DNA of 64,000 nt from Trichomonas gallinae (taxonomy: Eukaryota): assembly GCA_008369845.1 (NCBI GenBank), contig MRSU01001054.1, positions 1 through 64,000 on the forward strand. Direction: 5' to 3'. A program made the position numbers and the translations under genes. The notes under the pieces were generated by a model. It was not told the DNA's origin, made no database searches, and saw nothing but the letters and a program-made list of their open reading frames with translations. Shown piece by piece: positions 11,871 to 24,012 of this stretch; positions within the stretch are counted from its first letter, which is position 1; every line of letters starts with the position of its first letter.

Positions 11871-12863
11871 ATGAATCAAGCTGAGTTGAGTTTCTTCGAG
11901 TCTCAAGGCATTTCGTATAATGGAATTATTGCTCAAGGTGGATATGGTGTTGTTTACGAAGTATATTCTTCAAAATACAAGAGCAATTTTGCATTAAAAA
12001 AGATTCCGCAGCAAGCTTTCTCAGATTCGGAAATCGAATGCCTTAAAGCAATTGATGATCCAAGGATAGTAAGACTATACCAGACATACAACTTCAACAA
12101 CTATATCTACTTGTTAATGGAGTATTGCAGCAATGATCTCGACAAAATGTTCAAGCACAAGAGGATAGCATCCGAGGATGAGCTTTACAGATATGTATAT
12201 GATACAATTTTAGCTGTAAAAGCATGCCATGACAGAAATATTGCTCATTCTGATATTAAGCCAGCAAACTTCTTGGTTGACCAATACGGTAGAATCAAAA
12301 TTTCAGACTTTGGCCTTTCATCCTGCTATGCTGGCGAACATAAATGCTGCGTATTCAAAGGAACAAAGCTTTTCATGGCTCCAGAAATTTTCTCTAAGAA
12401 GGAATATGATCCATACAAGGCTGATATGTGGAGCCTTGGTGTTACAATCTACTATATTGCAACACATCACTATCCATTTGTTGATAAAGATGTAAACAAG
12501 ATTCAAGAGTTTATAATTAACGGAGATTATAACAAAGAGCGCATTAAAGATCCATTATTGGCTGAAGTTATTCAAGCATGCCTCGAGAAGAATCCTGTAA
12601 TTCGTGTAAGTATCGAAGAAATTCTCAGATTGCCATATTTCAATCAAGATACAGAAATGTCTATTGATGGTTTTGGTCAGTCTGCTCTCCCACCTCTCCA
12701 TCATCAAATCCCACAGTCTATTTCTCGAGGTCATTTCGTTGCCTTTAAGCCAATGATTGCCAAGAGAAAGTCAGCATTTGGAATAGAACAAATGAATTCA
12801 CTTACTAACTTTAAGTGCATGAGACTCCATATGAATAAGTCCGAAGTTAAGTTCTCCGTCTAA
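11871..12863 (+). CDS. CAMK-like Ser/Thr protein kinase
   Basis: AQGGYGVV loop, FALKK, HSDIKPAN, DFG, GTKLFMAPE, DMWSLG. Confidence 0.93.
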   Translation: MNQAELSFFESQGISYNGIIAQGGYGVVYEVYSSKYKSNFALKKIPQQAFSDSEIECLKAIDDPRIVRLYQTYNFNNYIYLLMEYCSNDLDKMFKHKRIASEDELYRYVYDTILAVKACHDRNIAHSDIKPANFLVDQYGRIKISDFGLSSCYAGEHKCCVFKGTKLFMAPEIFSKKEYDPYKADMWSLGVTIYYIATHHYPFVDKDVNKIQEFIINGDYNKERIKDPLLAEVIQACLEKNPVIRVSIEEILRLPYFNQDTEMSIDGFGQSALPPLHHQIPQSISRGHFVAFKPMIAKRKSAFGIEQMNSLTNFKCMRLHMNKSEVKFSV

Positions 12864-14283
12864 GATATTATATTCACCATGAAAAAATTAGTTGTTTGTT
12901 TAAAGAATTATTGTTTATAGCTTATAAAATTAACTGCGTTTTATATTTCTTCTTTTTGAATGTATGCAATGTATAAAGATATTACACATCTTCATAGCAA
13001 CGATTATATAAACTTTTCTTTGAATATTTCAATACGATAAAGGCTCCCTTTTTATTATTAGTTCAATTTGCCGGATTTTTTATCATTGAAAAAAAAAGTT
13101 GAATATGGAAAATATTTAGAAAAATATTAGAAAATTAAGATTATTTTAATGATTTTCAATTAATCGGAAAAATTTAACTTTGCAATTAGATTGTATTATA
13201 TATTCAGATCAAAATTACGCAATAATGTAAAAATTTTTATCGTAAATCATGGTTTTGACTGGAACGATAACGATTTTTTTAATGAAAATAACGTATGGAA
13301 TGATATGGAAAAATATTTTCCTATCACGAATTCAGGTAATTCAAAGATATAAAGTCGACCAAATAATTTTTTCTATGAGCCTTTCAAAACTCATAAACGT
13401 TAATTCCCAAATTTGATTTGGAAAATTGTCAGACGAAATAACCTATAGAAGAACATAGTGAAACGAGACGAAATCAAGCGAAATTGAGTAAAAATCTCAA
13501 ACTTCGAATTGAAAGATTTTTCAAATTTCGGCACTGATGAAGAGATAATATAATTCCTAGATATGTCTAAGACCCATTATCAAAATGAACAGGAGGAAAG
13601 TCATAAATTCCCACTTTAAAATTCCTTGTGTCATAATTTGGAAAATCCTGGTTATATCCCTAGATCAATGTCTGGATTACATATATCAAATGAAAATGAT
13701 CAAATCGGCAATAAGCATCAAAATTTTTGATTCCTTTGCCAGAATATATGTTTTATTTACTCTACGTTTTACATATCGTCTACAAGCATCGTATACACCC
13801 TCTACAAAAACTGTGAATAGTCAATTGCGCAAAAAAGGAGCTTCTTATTAAAATTTGTTTCGATAAACGATTTTTGTTTAGATAGATGCCCATTAAAATA
13901 TGACTGTTGCTCATATTTATTAGTAAAATATTAAAAAATGTAATTTGTGCCTGACAATTTGATTGCGAATTGAATGATCGGATTCAAGGTATCGAGAAAG
14001 ATCACAATTAATAACATTATGAGTATGATTTTGAGTAAAATTTTTGGGATCACAGGACACTCTCAAATTCAAATTAATTCCTCTCAAATCCAAAATTTAT
14101 AAATGTAAACTTATCAAAAATCAAGATCTTATTCAAAAATTTATAAAAGGTTCACAAATATTTCTTAGCAATGTGGTCATCCTCAAATCCAGCATCTACA
14201 TACATATCTGGTTGGTATTTTCATTTAAATCAAATTGAAAACAATTCAATGCAGTTTTTGAAAAACATATTTGATCATTTTTA

Positions 14284-15432
14284 ATGTTTGCTGCCTTGAC
14301 AACGTGTGTTCTTTGTGACATGTCATTATTCTGTCAGGCCCCCCGCCTGATGCCAACACCTCTGAGGAATATGTCGCTTGTACATGTTTCGGTTATTACT
14401 CGTCATGGTCATAGAACACCAAATTACCAGTTCGTCCCACTTGAGGAGCGTGGTACCTGGGAGTGCCGCTCAGATAATATGAACAACTCTAAGCGTATTT
14501 TCAACTATCTTAAGAAGGATGCTAAGAAGAAATCTATTGAGTATTTGCCGAATTGCATGCCAGCTGACTTGACACTCCTCGGAGAGGAAATGCACAAGGA
14601 ACTTGGCGCAGCATACAGGCAATATTATGTTAATGAATTACATTTCTTACCTGAAAAGTTCTCTCCTAAGTTATTCCACTTCGAGTCTTCACCAACTAGA
14701 AGAACATTCTTGAGCGCTGAGTCGTTTATTAACGGTTTCTACCCACCATCCGGTAAGGAAGAAATCATTACTATCGCTTCAGGAAGCCAGATGACATCTT
14801 CAATCAACGGCTGGGGTGATAACTGCAAAGCCTATAAGACACAAAATAAGAAGTATAGAAACGGACCTGAGTACAAAGAGATGCTTGAGAAAGGTTGGCC
14901 AATGATGGAACATATCGCTAATCAGTTCCATATGCCAAGAACAGTTGCCAGCATGCGTGCAATCTGCAGCTGGGCAACAGCTTTCAACTGCACAACAAGT
15001 GACAATTTACCAGATTACTTGGATGATAAGTTCATGAGTTTTTGCTACCAGGAACAGTGGATGTCGAAGTTCGGTTCTTATCAATCAACAACAAACCAGA
15101 GCGTTGCAGGTTCTCCAGTTTTACGCAGAATTTTAAAGGATCTTGATTCTGCATTAAAGAATGGCCAGAAGTTCTCATTGTTCAGTGGCCATGATTCAAC
15201 AATTGCAGCCGTTCTTACCATGCTTGGAAAGTACTTGAAATACGTTCCAACATATGCTTCCCATCTTAATTTTGAAGTCCTTAAGGATCTGAACGCTGAA
15301 ATGTTCGTGAGATTCACAGTCAATGGCGAAACATTCAAGATTCAGCCATTCGATCAGGTTCTCGTTCCTTATAAGGAATTCAGAGATTATTTCCAGCAGT
15401 TTCTTAATTTCTGCCCAGAAACACAGGACTAA
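14284..15432 (+). CDS. Histidine acid phosphatase (branch 2), probably secreted/lysosomal
   Basis: RHGHRTP (RHGxRxP) and GHDST (HD) catalytic motifs; hydrophobic N-terminus; TCATTT Inr just upstream of the ATG. Confidence 0.92.
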   Translation: MFAALTTCVLCDMSLFCQAPRLMPTPLRNMSLVHVSVITRHGHRTPNYQFVPLEERGTWECRSDNMNNSKRIFNYLKKDAKKKSIEYLPNCMPADLTLLGEEMHKELGAAYRQYYVNELHFLPEKFSPKLFHFESSPTRRTFLSAESFINGFYPPSGKEEIITIASGSQMTSSINGWGDNCKAYKTQNKKYRNGPEYKEMLEKGWPMMEHIANQFHMPRTVASMRAICSWATAFNCTTSDNLPDYLDDKFMSFCYQEQWMSKFGSYQSTTNQSVAGSPVLRRILKDLDSALKNGQKFSLFSGHDSTIAAVLTMLGKYLKYVPTYASHLNFEVLKDLNAEMFVRFTVNGETFKIQPFDQVLVPYKEFRDYFQQFLNFCPETQD

Positions 15433-15739
15433 GCCTGTTGTTGTTAGTATCCATGCGGTTCTTGTATAGATTGTTTGTTTTAAATATTATTTCTATCCTT
15501 GAAATTTTTAGATTTTTTCCAAAAAAACATGAGATAATGGTTTTTAACCATCAATTATTGCTTGTTTCCAACTTATTTGAGCAGTTCTCTCCAAATTTGG
15601 CGAAAATAAGAGCTTATATACGACGATTGAAAAATTTATGAGATTTCTAAAACTCAAAATCTGGCTTCGCGAAGCATTGATTAAAACTCTCAACAAGGCA
15701 AGTAGCATGATCCATGCAAAAAATGGTAGTTATATTAAT

Positions 15740-16168
15740 ATGCAGTCTTCATATGCTCAACAAAGAATACCTCACACTGCATTTCTTCGCCCAAAGCGAT
15801 GCCAATCACGGGTTATCGATGGAAGTGTTACTGAACGCTCTAAAACTGTAAATTTACCTCGCGTAAGAGAAACAAAAAATGAACTAGATACAAAACTTGA
15901 TGATATTTTAAATAGAAATCAAGATCTAGAGAGCTCATTCCGTGAAACACGCAAAATACCTAGGAGTCCTACAAAATCTCAAGAAATTTTGGAGTATCAT
16001 AAATTTCTCAACGATTTTTCTAATTCGGCTACTATAACTGACTATAAATTCCGCGATTTGCTCGCAAAAACAGAAGAAACTCATAAATTATTACTAACAG
16101 AACGTGAAAAATTAATCGAGTCTCAGCGATCACATTACAGAACTGAAATGGGACTTGATATAAACTAG
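15740..16168 (+). CDS. Hypothetical protein with short coiled-coil (about 142 aa; start uncertain, ORF open from 15638)
   Basis: ORF with protein-like composition from MQSSYAQQ onward; no known motif. Confidence 0.55.
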   Translation: MQSSYAQQRIPHTAFLRPKRCQSRVIDGSVTERSKTVNLPRVRETKNELDTKLDDILNRNQDLESSFRETRKIPRSPTKSQEILEYHKFLNDFSNSATITDYKFRDLLAKTEETHKLLLTEREKLIESQRSHYRTEMGLDIN

Positions 16169-16475
16169 GGCATGCAATTTTCCCTATTCAAAGAGCTATA
16201 TAGCTTCTTAAGAAAAAGAACGCATAATTATTATTCAAATAGTAGTTCTTAAGAACAGTCACATGATGTATACGTATGACTATAGAATCATTTTCATCAT
16301 TTAATTTTAGATCGTTCTATATAGCAAAGATTTCCAATTTTCAAAATTTTCAACTGATTTCATCAACACAATTAATGCAGCACATTAAAATAAGCTGTAA
16401 AATATCATTTGCTCGTGATGTTGTCGGAGAATTATATTCAAGAACTTTTTGTGCAAAGAACATGTTATCATCTCC

Positions 16476-17700
16476 TTATTCAGTTTCTGGAAGATTATAT
16501 CTTCGGCTCAATTGCTCAAGTCGTTTTTCATAATTACTATTAAAAAATGCTTCTTCTTCGATTCGAACTAACAAATTTTTCTGAGCCACTTTCATATTCT
16601 TGATATCAGGACTGTGATGAATATATCCATAATTAATTCCTCCAAACTCAGAGTAATTCGGATTCCGTTTTGCTCCTTCCAATGTATATTCACTCTTTGT
16701 TTTGAAATGAGATTCGAATAAACAAAATGTTGCTGCATCGATGCGTTCAACTTCTTTGTCGATAAGATTGTAAAGGACTGTTGCATAATATGTGATTCCC
16801 TTCGAGTACTGCTCAAGAGCGCAATCCATTGGACTCTGTGTGACACGGAGCTGCTGATCACATTTGTGGACAACAAGATCGAAACAGTCGCGTGAGTTAA
16901 ACTCGATGCATGCGTTGATAATTGTCAAGTCTTCGGCAGAATAGATGCTGTTGACATCGAGGCCTCGCTCAATGAAGAGGCGATGTTTGTCTGACCTGTT
17001 CTCTCAGATAGCTTCAAGTGCTGGGCTGTGAACAAAAAAGATGCCTTCGACGTGGTTGATGTTAGCACCATGATCTAGCAGTGATCGAACGATATTGATG
17101 TTTCCGAATTTAGTCGCAAGGTAAAGAAGATCAGAGATGTCTTCCGTCTTTTGGATGTAATCAACACCTTCGACGATAGAATATATATTCTTGAATTCGG
17201 CAGAAGAAGAATACAATAAATTCTTGACTCTGCCGTAACGATATGAATAATTGTCAATAAGATCTATGCGGCAGGTATCTTGAATCATGGAGTTTGCTGT
17301 GGGATTCACATGGCCAAATATAAAAGAATATTTCATCACTGGCAGTTCCATAGGCAGTGTAATTTGTAGCATCAATTTTTGAAAAGCAATTGTTTAGCAT
17401 TAATTTAGTAATGAAATCTCCACGATGATAGAATTTTTTGTTATACCTAAAATACATTGGATTGTAGTTAGAGCTTCTTTGTTGATGTTTGTCAAAGCAA
17501 AAATCTTTCTGCAAATTTTTTCTGATTTCGCAAAATAGGCAGCAGTACCAATTCTGTATCCGAGATCAACTTTCTTTTGATCAATAAGCCACTCAATGAT
17601 GTCATAGGATTTTGATTCTTTCAAAAGATTTCCGAATGTCGAACTTCCATTGATAATAATATCGATTTTTGCTCTTGTATGATTTCTATTTTGATTTTTT
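16476..17700 (-). pseudogene. Ankyrin-repeat gene with in-frame stops
   Basis: ORFs 17400-17624, 17004-17375 and 16476-16928 share one frame, separated by TAA-TGC-TAA (17402-17394) and TGA (17006-17004). Ankyrin motifs LYLATKFGNINIVRSLLDHGANINH and FIERGLDVN lie on either side of the TGA. 5' end approximate. Confidence 0.7.
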
Positions 17701-18906
17701 TTTTTTTTGCAATTTAGTTTTACTGTAATTTATAACAATTACCGGTTCCAGATTTTAATAGAAAGTTACAAATGATTATGATCTTCAAAAATTAACAAAC
17801 AAATGAGATATTAACGATGCTTGTGTGTCTTCTTTGTTTACGATGCGGCAATATTAATTTATTTTAATACCCTCTAACCTCAACATACCTGCATATCATG
17901 AAACACCTCATGTATCTAGATACATGATCGAAATTTGATAAAGGACATGTTTCAGACAGTCGTCATCTTATAGGATATGTTTCAAGAACATGGCTGTAAA
18001 CCATTGTTAACATTATACAATTACATTGCTAGATTTTTTGTATTATCTATTTTCTTCCAAATAATATGCCTCTCCATGTAGCATTGTAAAAATATAAAAT
18101 ATAATATAATAATGGACATATGTGATATATGTGTCATAGGCCGGATTTTTTTTTTCACGTGGCACGAAGTTGAAAAATTGTGCCACATGGAGAGGCTTAC
18201 CAAATAACGTTAATACATTTTCATGTTAGTATTGGATACAAATATAACACATGCTAAAATTTGCTGTTAATAAAATTAGATTAACAAAATGTTTTATTTT
18301 TCTGCGTCTCGTGTTAAATATCTTACCCATTTACAGTATGACTGTTTATTATTTTTTCATGCGGCAAAATAATGCAGCCCGACTTAGGTAGATTGAATAA
18401 TACCTAGCATATTACCAACTCGATACTTCAATCTCGCACTGAAAATAGTAGAATATAGAAATATAAGCTCACAAATCCAATATACTATTACTTAAGACAA
18501 GTGAAATTATTGGGAATATTCAAATGTTCGAAAAGAACAAAATTATTTGATGAATTGAAAATCAATACCCACAATGTCATTTTATCGAATTTAGAATTTT
18601 TATATATTGCAAATCAGCATTCAATCTTTTCCAAAAATTGTTCAATTGAAGTTGAGCGATAGACGATTTTTGAAGAAAATCCACTGCCTCATAGCATTAA
18701 CCAAATTCAGATTTGATGATATACACATTACAGTATAGCTCTAAATCTTATACTCCTTTAATGCCAGCCGAGTTTCCTTGAAATATTCTTCCAATATTAG
18801 ATTTTAACCAGAATTCAATCCATAGGACTATTCTCTAAAATGAGCAAGTCATGTTGTTAAAGTAATTCTGATTTTTTTTGTATGTATGAGACTCCCAATG
18901 GTTAAC

Positions 18907-19800
18907 TTAATTGATAAGACATAATCGATTTTCAGGTGATAATTCAAGCCATGGATTGGATTGATTTTTTATAGCAACATCCCAATAACATTGAACAGCT
19001 TTGAAAACCTCGCAATCGTTTGGATTTCTATGAAAAACATCTGGCTTTGGAATGCTATAAAAGTGATGAATAACTGTTTCATTGTATTTGGCAGTATTTC
19101 TGTCATTGTATTTTCTATGTGCGAGAAGAATTCTATTTTCAAATACTTTATTTACAATAAACTGATCACGGTATAAAGGTTCAGTATTAGTTCTTTTGTA
19201 TTTATCATACTCTTCTTTGACACGATCTATCATGTGGTCTCGAACAATTAACTGATTATTAAATAAAAGAACACCTGCATTAATGTAGTTTTTGAATCCA
19301 TCAAAACTTGGATAGCGATCAAGTGATGCCTGAAGATAGTTATTATCAAAATTTACAGAATAGAATTCTCTCAAATCTTTCAAAACTAATGTATCACTAT
19401 CCAAATATAAAAATCTTTCTATATCGGGATGATATCTAGGAAATTCTAATCTATTATACATTACAAGACCAGTAGAATTTGAATTTGGATTTGGTACATG
19501 TGATATATTATAAGTTTCAATGAAAAAGTTGACATTTGGAAGCGTGAGATGTTTAATGTATTCTGTATTTTGTTTTGAAAAATTCTCTGTTTCTGATGTA
19601 ATGTAAATATCAAGAATGACATCTTGATGAGTATCTATCAATGATAAAATTGATGGAAGAATTTGATGTTTTTCCCCTGAGAACCCGTAAACAACAATCA
19701 TTTTGAAGTAAACACCATAGCGTAATTCATCACGTTGACATAAGCTATATAGGCACAACGAAAAAACTATTAAAAATAAAGTTGGGATTCGTTTCAACAT
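18907..19800 (-). CDS. Glycosyltransferase family 8 protein
   Basis: N-terminal signal/TM anchor; RFLYLDSDTLV (DxD), YINAGVLLFN, DQ and HHFxxxPKP motifs typical of GT8. Confidence 0.88.
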   Translation of the reverse strand: MLKRIPTLFLIVFSLCLYSLCQRDELRYGVYFKMIVVYGFSGEKHQILPSILSLIDTHQDVILDIYITSETENFSKQNTEYIKHLTLPNVNFFIETYNISHVPNPNSNSTGLVMYNRLEFPRYHPDIERFLYLDSDTLVLKDLREFYSVNFDNNYLQASLDRYPSFDGFKNYINAGVLLFNNQLIVRDHMIDRVKEEYDKYKRTNTEPLYRDQFIVNKVFENRILLAHRKYNDRNTAKYNETVIHHFYSIPKPDVFHRNPNDCEVFKAVQCYWDVAIKNQSNPWLELSPENRLCLIN

Positions 19801-20809
19801 TAAAAACCGTTTTTTTATTCATGGAAAAAAGGTAGAATAAAATGAAAATAGTAAAATTGGCATGCCACTATTTCATGTTGAATTCAATTTTTTTAATTCA
19901 TTTTTATTTGATATTTAGGACTTATGTATAATATAAATGCTATCCGCTCGCTAAATTAGGTTTTTTTTAGCCAATTCTTTCATAAAAAGTTTTTTTTTAT
20001 TTTATTCTTGAACATTCAATTTTGAATTGAATCGGTTATAATTATCATGAATAAAAGACGCTTAAAATGATTCAAAATTGAATGTATAATAAATAAAAAT
20101 ACAGGCATTTTTTGAGCGATGATATCATGAACCTCCAGCATATTCTATTTTCAAATAACAGCTTTTTAAGCTATTTTAAAATGATTATGAATTTAAGAGT
20201 TTACCGGATGATTACGTAAACTTCAGAAACCTTAACATCATTTATTTTTAATATATGGATAATCTGGATTAGAAGGCAATTTCTCCGGTTTATTGGAAAA
20301 AACAAATCCCATTAAAAAAATTGTGCAAAAAATTATTTGTCTTATATATGCTATATTGATATTCTAATCACCAAAAAATATAATACTATTGCTCTTTGAA
20401 TCATTTTTTAGTACTATTGCCAGTAAGGCTTGTAGATCACCTTGTTTTCCAGAGTTTTATATGTGTACTATAATAGTATTTTGAAATATTTAATGTAAAA
20501 TGTAAATTTTTGATTTGATATTTCGATCCGTATTCTACGAAATTTTTAATTAATACATTTAATACAGTTAAATTCTAATTAAATTTTAACTAAAAATTGA
20601 TTTCATATCAAAGTTGAAAAAAATGAACTGCGCTCAGCTTGAACCAACTTCCGATTTGAACCTTGCAAAAATCCACCACCCAATCAGAATAAATTTCATC
20701 TTTACTTGTTTGCTTAATAACGCACTATGACTGATCATGGACAAAATGTGCAGACTGATCATGTTATTAATAAAAAAAAAAATCAAACGTGCCAATGAAA
20801 AGTGACAAA

Positions 20810-21073
20810 ATGGGTTGTTTTTGCAGCAAAGAAACATATGATCCGACATCAAATTTCGAGAATGTTGTCGTCGCCCAAATGGCAAAGGAAGCAGCAGATA
20901 AATTAGCGAATCAGCCGCCAAATGCAGTAGATCCCCTTCTTCAGCCTGACAAACTAGAATTTCAAAACGTTGAATTCTCCAATTCGGAAGCAGAGTACGA
21001 CCGTGAGGAACTTGATGCACTTCTCAAATCAGATAGTGATGAAGCTGATGAAAAACAAGCGACTGCAAAATAA
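20810..21073 (+). CDS. Small acidic protein with predicted N-myristoylation/palmitoylation (87 aa)
   Basis: Begins MGCFCSK (Gly2, Cys3/Cys5, Ser6); acidic body; stop TAA within TAAA. Confidence 0.7.
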   Translation: MGCFCSKETYDPTSNFENVVVAQMAKEAADKLANQPPNAVDPLLQPDKLEFQNVEFSNSEAEYDREELDALLKSDSDEADEKQATAK

Positions 21074-21737
21074 ATTCGCCAAAAAAGGACATACAATTGA
21101 TTTCAGATACCTTTTATATCTTTTATAGAGCCTACGTGTATTATAACCTTTAATGATGTTTATTTGACTTACGATTAATGATGAATTCCATAGATTCTGT
21201 CAGTTAGCTAAATTTTATGTATATTTCTGTTATTGTAATCATACATATTTCAACTTTCCGCTGTTTCTTTTTTTATTCTAAGAAATTTATATTTTTTTCA
21301 TAACTTAATTTCAACTGGCATGACTTGAATGTAAATTATTCAGCTTATTAATCAAACTGAATTCATAATACACATTATAATGCCTTATGTATCATTTTGA
21401 AAATTTTGAAATAATATTCATATCATAATAGAGCATTATACTTAGGAATATACCATAAACTATATTAGATGTGATGAAATATGAAAATGAATATATCAAA
21501 TATCGTTATGAATTTGATTCAATTTATATAATTCATATATTATCAATAGATATTGTAAATATAGCATCCATAACTTATATTATTATTTTTTAAGCGATAG
21601 AATAAATAGCATTACATATAAGATTTCATATGATGACAATAAGGTTAATTATTTTTACATAAAGATCTAAATCTATTAGCAATCAGTATTGTGATTGTTT
21701 ATCTATTCATTCACAAACAAATTTTACATTTTCTTGG

Positions 21738-23546
21738 ATGCAAAGATTCGACCATGTTATTGATCAATCTTTGGATACTGTAACAAGCATTTTGGAGGAA
21801 TCCACGTACTCAGCTTATGATAGAGAAACAGAGTTAAGAACGAAACAGCTGCAAATTGAAAATTTATCAAATGAAGTGAACGTTAAAACTCAGAAACTGA
21901 ATGAAAACGATTACAAACTTCATGATTTGAAGAGCAATATGCAAATCGCTAAAAGAAATTTTGTTAGCGAAACTGCAATAGCAAATACACAATTGGATCA
22001 AGCGATACAAAGCGAATTGAACAGTTTGAGAATGCTAGACCAATCATTAATGATGTCCAAAAGCAAAATATATCAAATTAGTTCGTCTTGTAATGACATG
22101 CAAAGAGAAATTTATGCTATTGAACAAAATATTAATCAATGCGATTCAAAATCATCCTACTTACAATCTTCCCTTCTTGTTACAAATAATTCGTTCGATG
22201 ACACATCATCAATGATAAAAAATGAGATTGATAATTACAGTAGACAAAATATTCAAATTAACGAAGATTTACAAGTTACTCATACTCGTATATCCAATAA
22301 TATTTCACAATCACAAGCAATTAAGCAGGAAATCGCATCATTACAAAAACATCAAACATATCTTTACAATCAAATAAAATCAGCGCAGAATTCTCTTCGA
22401 TTATCACGTGATCAAAGTATATCCAATCAAAGCATTATACAAAATGAATCAAATTCGCATAATAGATCAAAAATTTTATTTGAATCACAGAAAAATCACT
22501 ACATGGCACATGTTAATGAGCTTGGTGACAGAATAACACATGCTGAAGTTGATTTATTCAATGCGGAACAAAAGAAGAAAGCATTATACGACGAAATTAC
22601 GGAAAAACAAAAAGATATTATCAAAACTAGGGAATCTGTTAGTGAACAAAGGAAACTTGCTTCCAATATATCCAATGAGAATACAAAAAGAGAAGAAACT
22701 GTTGAAAAAACATTAAAAGGATTCAAAAATAAAAGTTTTATGATTCAATCAAAAATTTTCAACAATAAGACACATATTCAAAGTATTAAATCCCAAGAAG
22801 ATGAGATTAAAGATAAACTTCGAGGAATTTGCTCTAAAATTACCAGACAAAATGAAATTGAAGATCAATTAAACAAAATTTCCAAACAAATAGATCAAGA
22901 TTTCTTCAATATGAATTCAAAAATCACTAGATATGAAAGTGTGAGGGACTCAATGATTAACGAATTGGATGATATAGAAAAAAGAATCGAATCAGCAAAT
23001 TCATCGACTGATTCAATTGATTTAAATATCACACCTACAATATTAAACATCTCAGACATATCAGATGACCAAAGTGTCATTAGAACATCAACCCTACATG
23101 TTCTCGTTAAAGAAGTTTTAACACAGAATAAATACCTTCGTAAACAAGTTCATTTGCTTGAGAGACATCTTGCAGACATGAATGGAAGGATGCAAGTTAT
23201 CAATTCCCAAAAGGATGATGCAAACACATCAAATGATTTATTCAAGTATGTAGCAATTGTCAGAGGTGATATACAGTCAAAATTGTCTGAAATAAGCACA
23301 AAGACAGCAAGAATCATCAGGAAAAAGAGGATTTTGTCATCAAAGAAAAGGATGCTAAAAGCTAAAAATGGAAGTCGGACATATGTTGATTCAAGTATAT
23401 CTGCGATGTTTAATAATGAGCTTCTCAAATGGCTTTCTGTTGAACCAGGAAATAGAACCAACTTGATTTGCCAATGGTCCGACAAACTGAGAAACTTGAT
23501 ACATAACCTCGAGACAGATCAGCTTCAAAATGTTTTCTATTTATAA
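21738..23546 (+). CDS. Hypothetical long coiled-coil protein (602 aa)
   Basis: Long ORF with Q/N/S/K/E-rich heptads. Confidence 0.82.
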   Translation: MQRFDHVIDQSLDTVTSILEESTYSAYDRETELRTKQLQIENLSNEVNVKTQKLNENDYKLHDLKSNMQIAKRNFVSETAIANTQLDQAIQSELNSLRMLDQSLMMSKSKIYQISSSCNDMQREIYAIEQNINQCDSKSSYLQSSLLVTNNSFDDTSSMIKNEIDNYSRQNIQINEDLQVTHTRISNNISQSQAIKQEIASLQKHQTYLYNQIKSAQNSLRLSRDQSISNQSIIQNESNSHNRSKILFESQKNHYMAHVNELGDRITHAEVDLFNAEQKKKALYDEITEKQKDIIKTRESVSEQRKLASNISNENTKREETVEKTLKGFKNKSFMIQSKIFNNKTHIQSIKSQEDEIKDKLRGICSKITRQNEIEDQLNKISKQIDQDFFNMNSKITRYESVRDSMINELDDIEKRIESANSSTDSIDLNITPTILNISDISDDQSVIRTSTLHVLVKEVLTQNKYLRKQVHLLERHLADMNGRMQVINSQKDDANTSNDLFKYVAIVRGDIQSKLSEISTKTARIIRKKRILSSKKRMLKAKNGSRTYVDSSISAMFNNELLKWLSVEPGNRTNLICQWSDKLRNLIHNLETDQLQNVFYL

Positions 23547-24012
23547 TAAATATTTGCATTTTTTTAACAGAAATATATCATAAATGCAGATTATGTTCTA
23601 TTATAATATATCGTCATCGGCGTTTTGAATTTCTTTTATTTCATTCTATATATGAATCTATTGCAAAAAAAAAAAAAAAAAAAAAAATTAACTAATCTTT
23701 GCTTCCAATTATGAATAGTTACAGGACATTGATTGCAATGATCAAATATATTAGACTCTATATAATATGAATCATCATTAATGGAATTATCTTATATGGT
23801 GTCGAGTTACGACTTATTGTTTTAGGATTGATTTTTTTTTTTTTTTTTTGTCACCAATTTCTAAAGATTTGTTATTATCCTGCTCTGAATAATAATAAAA
23901 ATTTTTATTAATATTTTTTCTTATAGGAGATTGGTATAATTAGCCTGGACATGCAGTTTGAAAAATCAAAATTAAGCAAAGACATAATTCCGAAAAGTGA
24001 CTTTAATTTTAA

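Noticed and set aside
13240..13851. Protein-like fragments and ORF 13585-13851
   Set aside because: Fragmented, no motif; cannot be supported as a gene or pseudogene.
23665..23849. Poly-A and poly-T tracts facing each other as a possible element boundary
   Set aside because: Homopolymer runs are common throughout the window; no TSD or internal structure.
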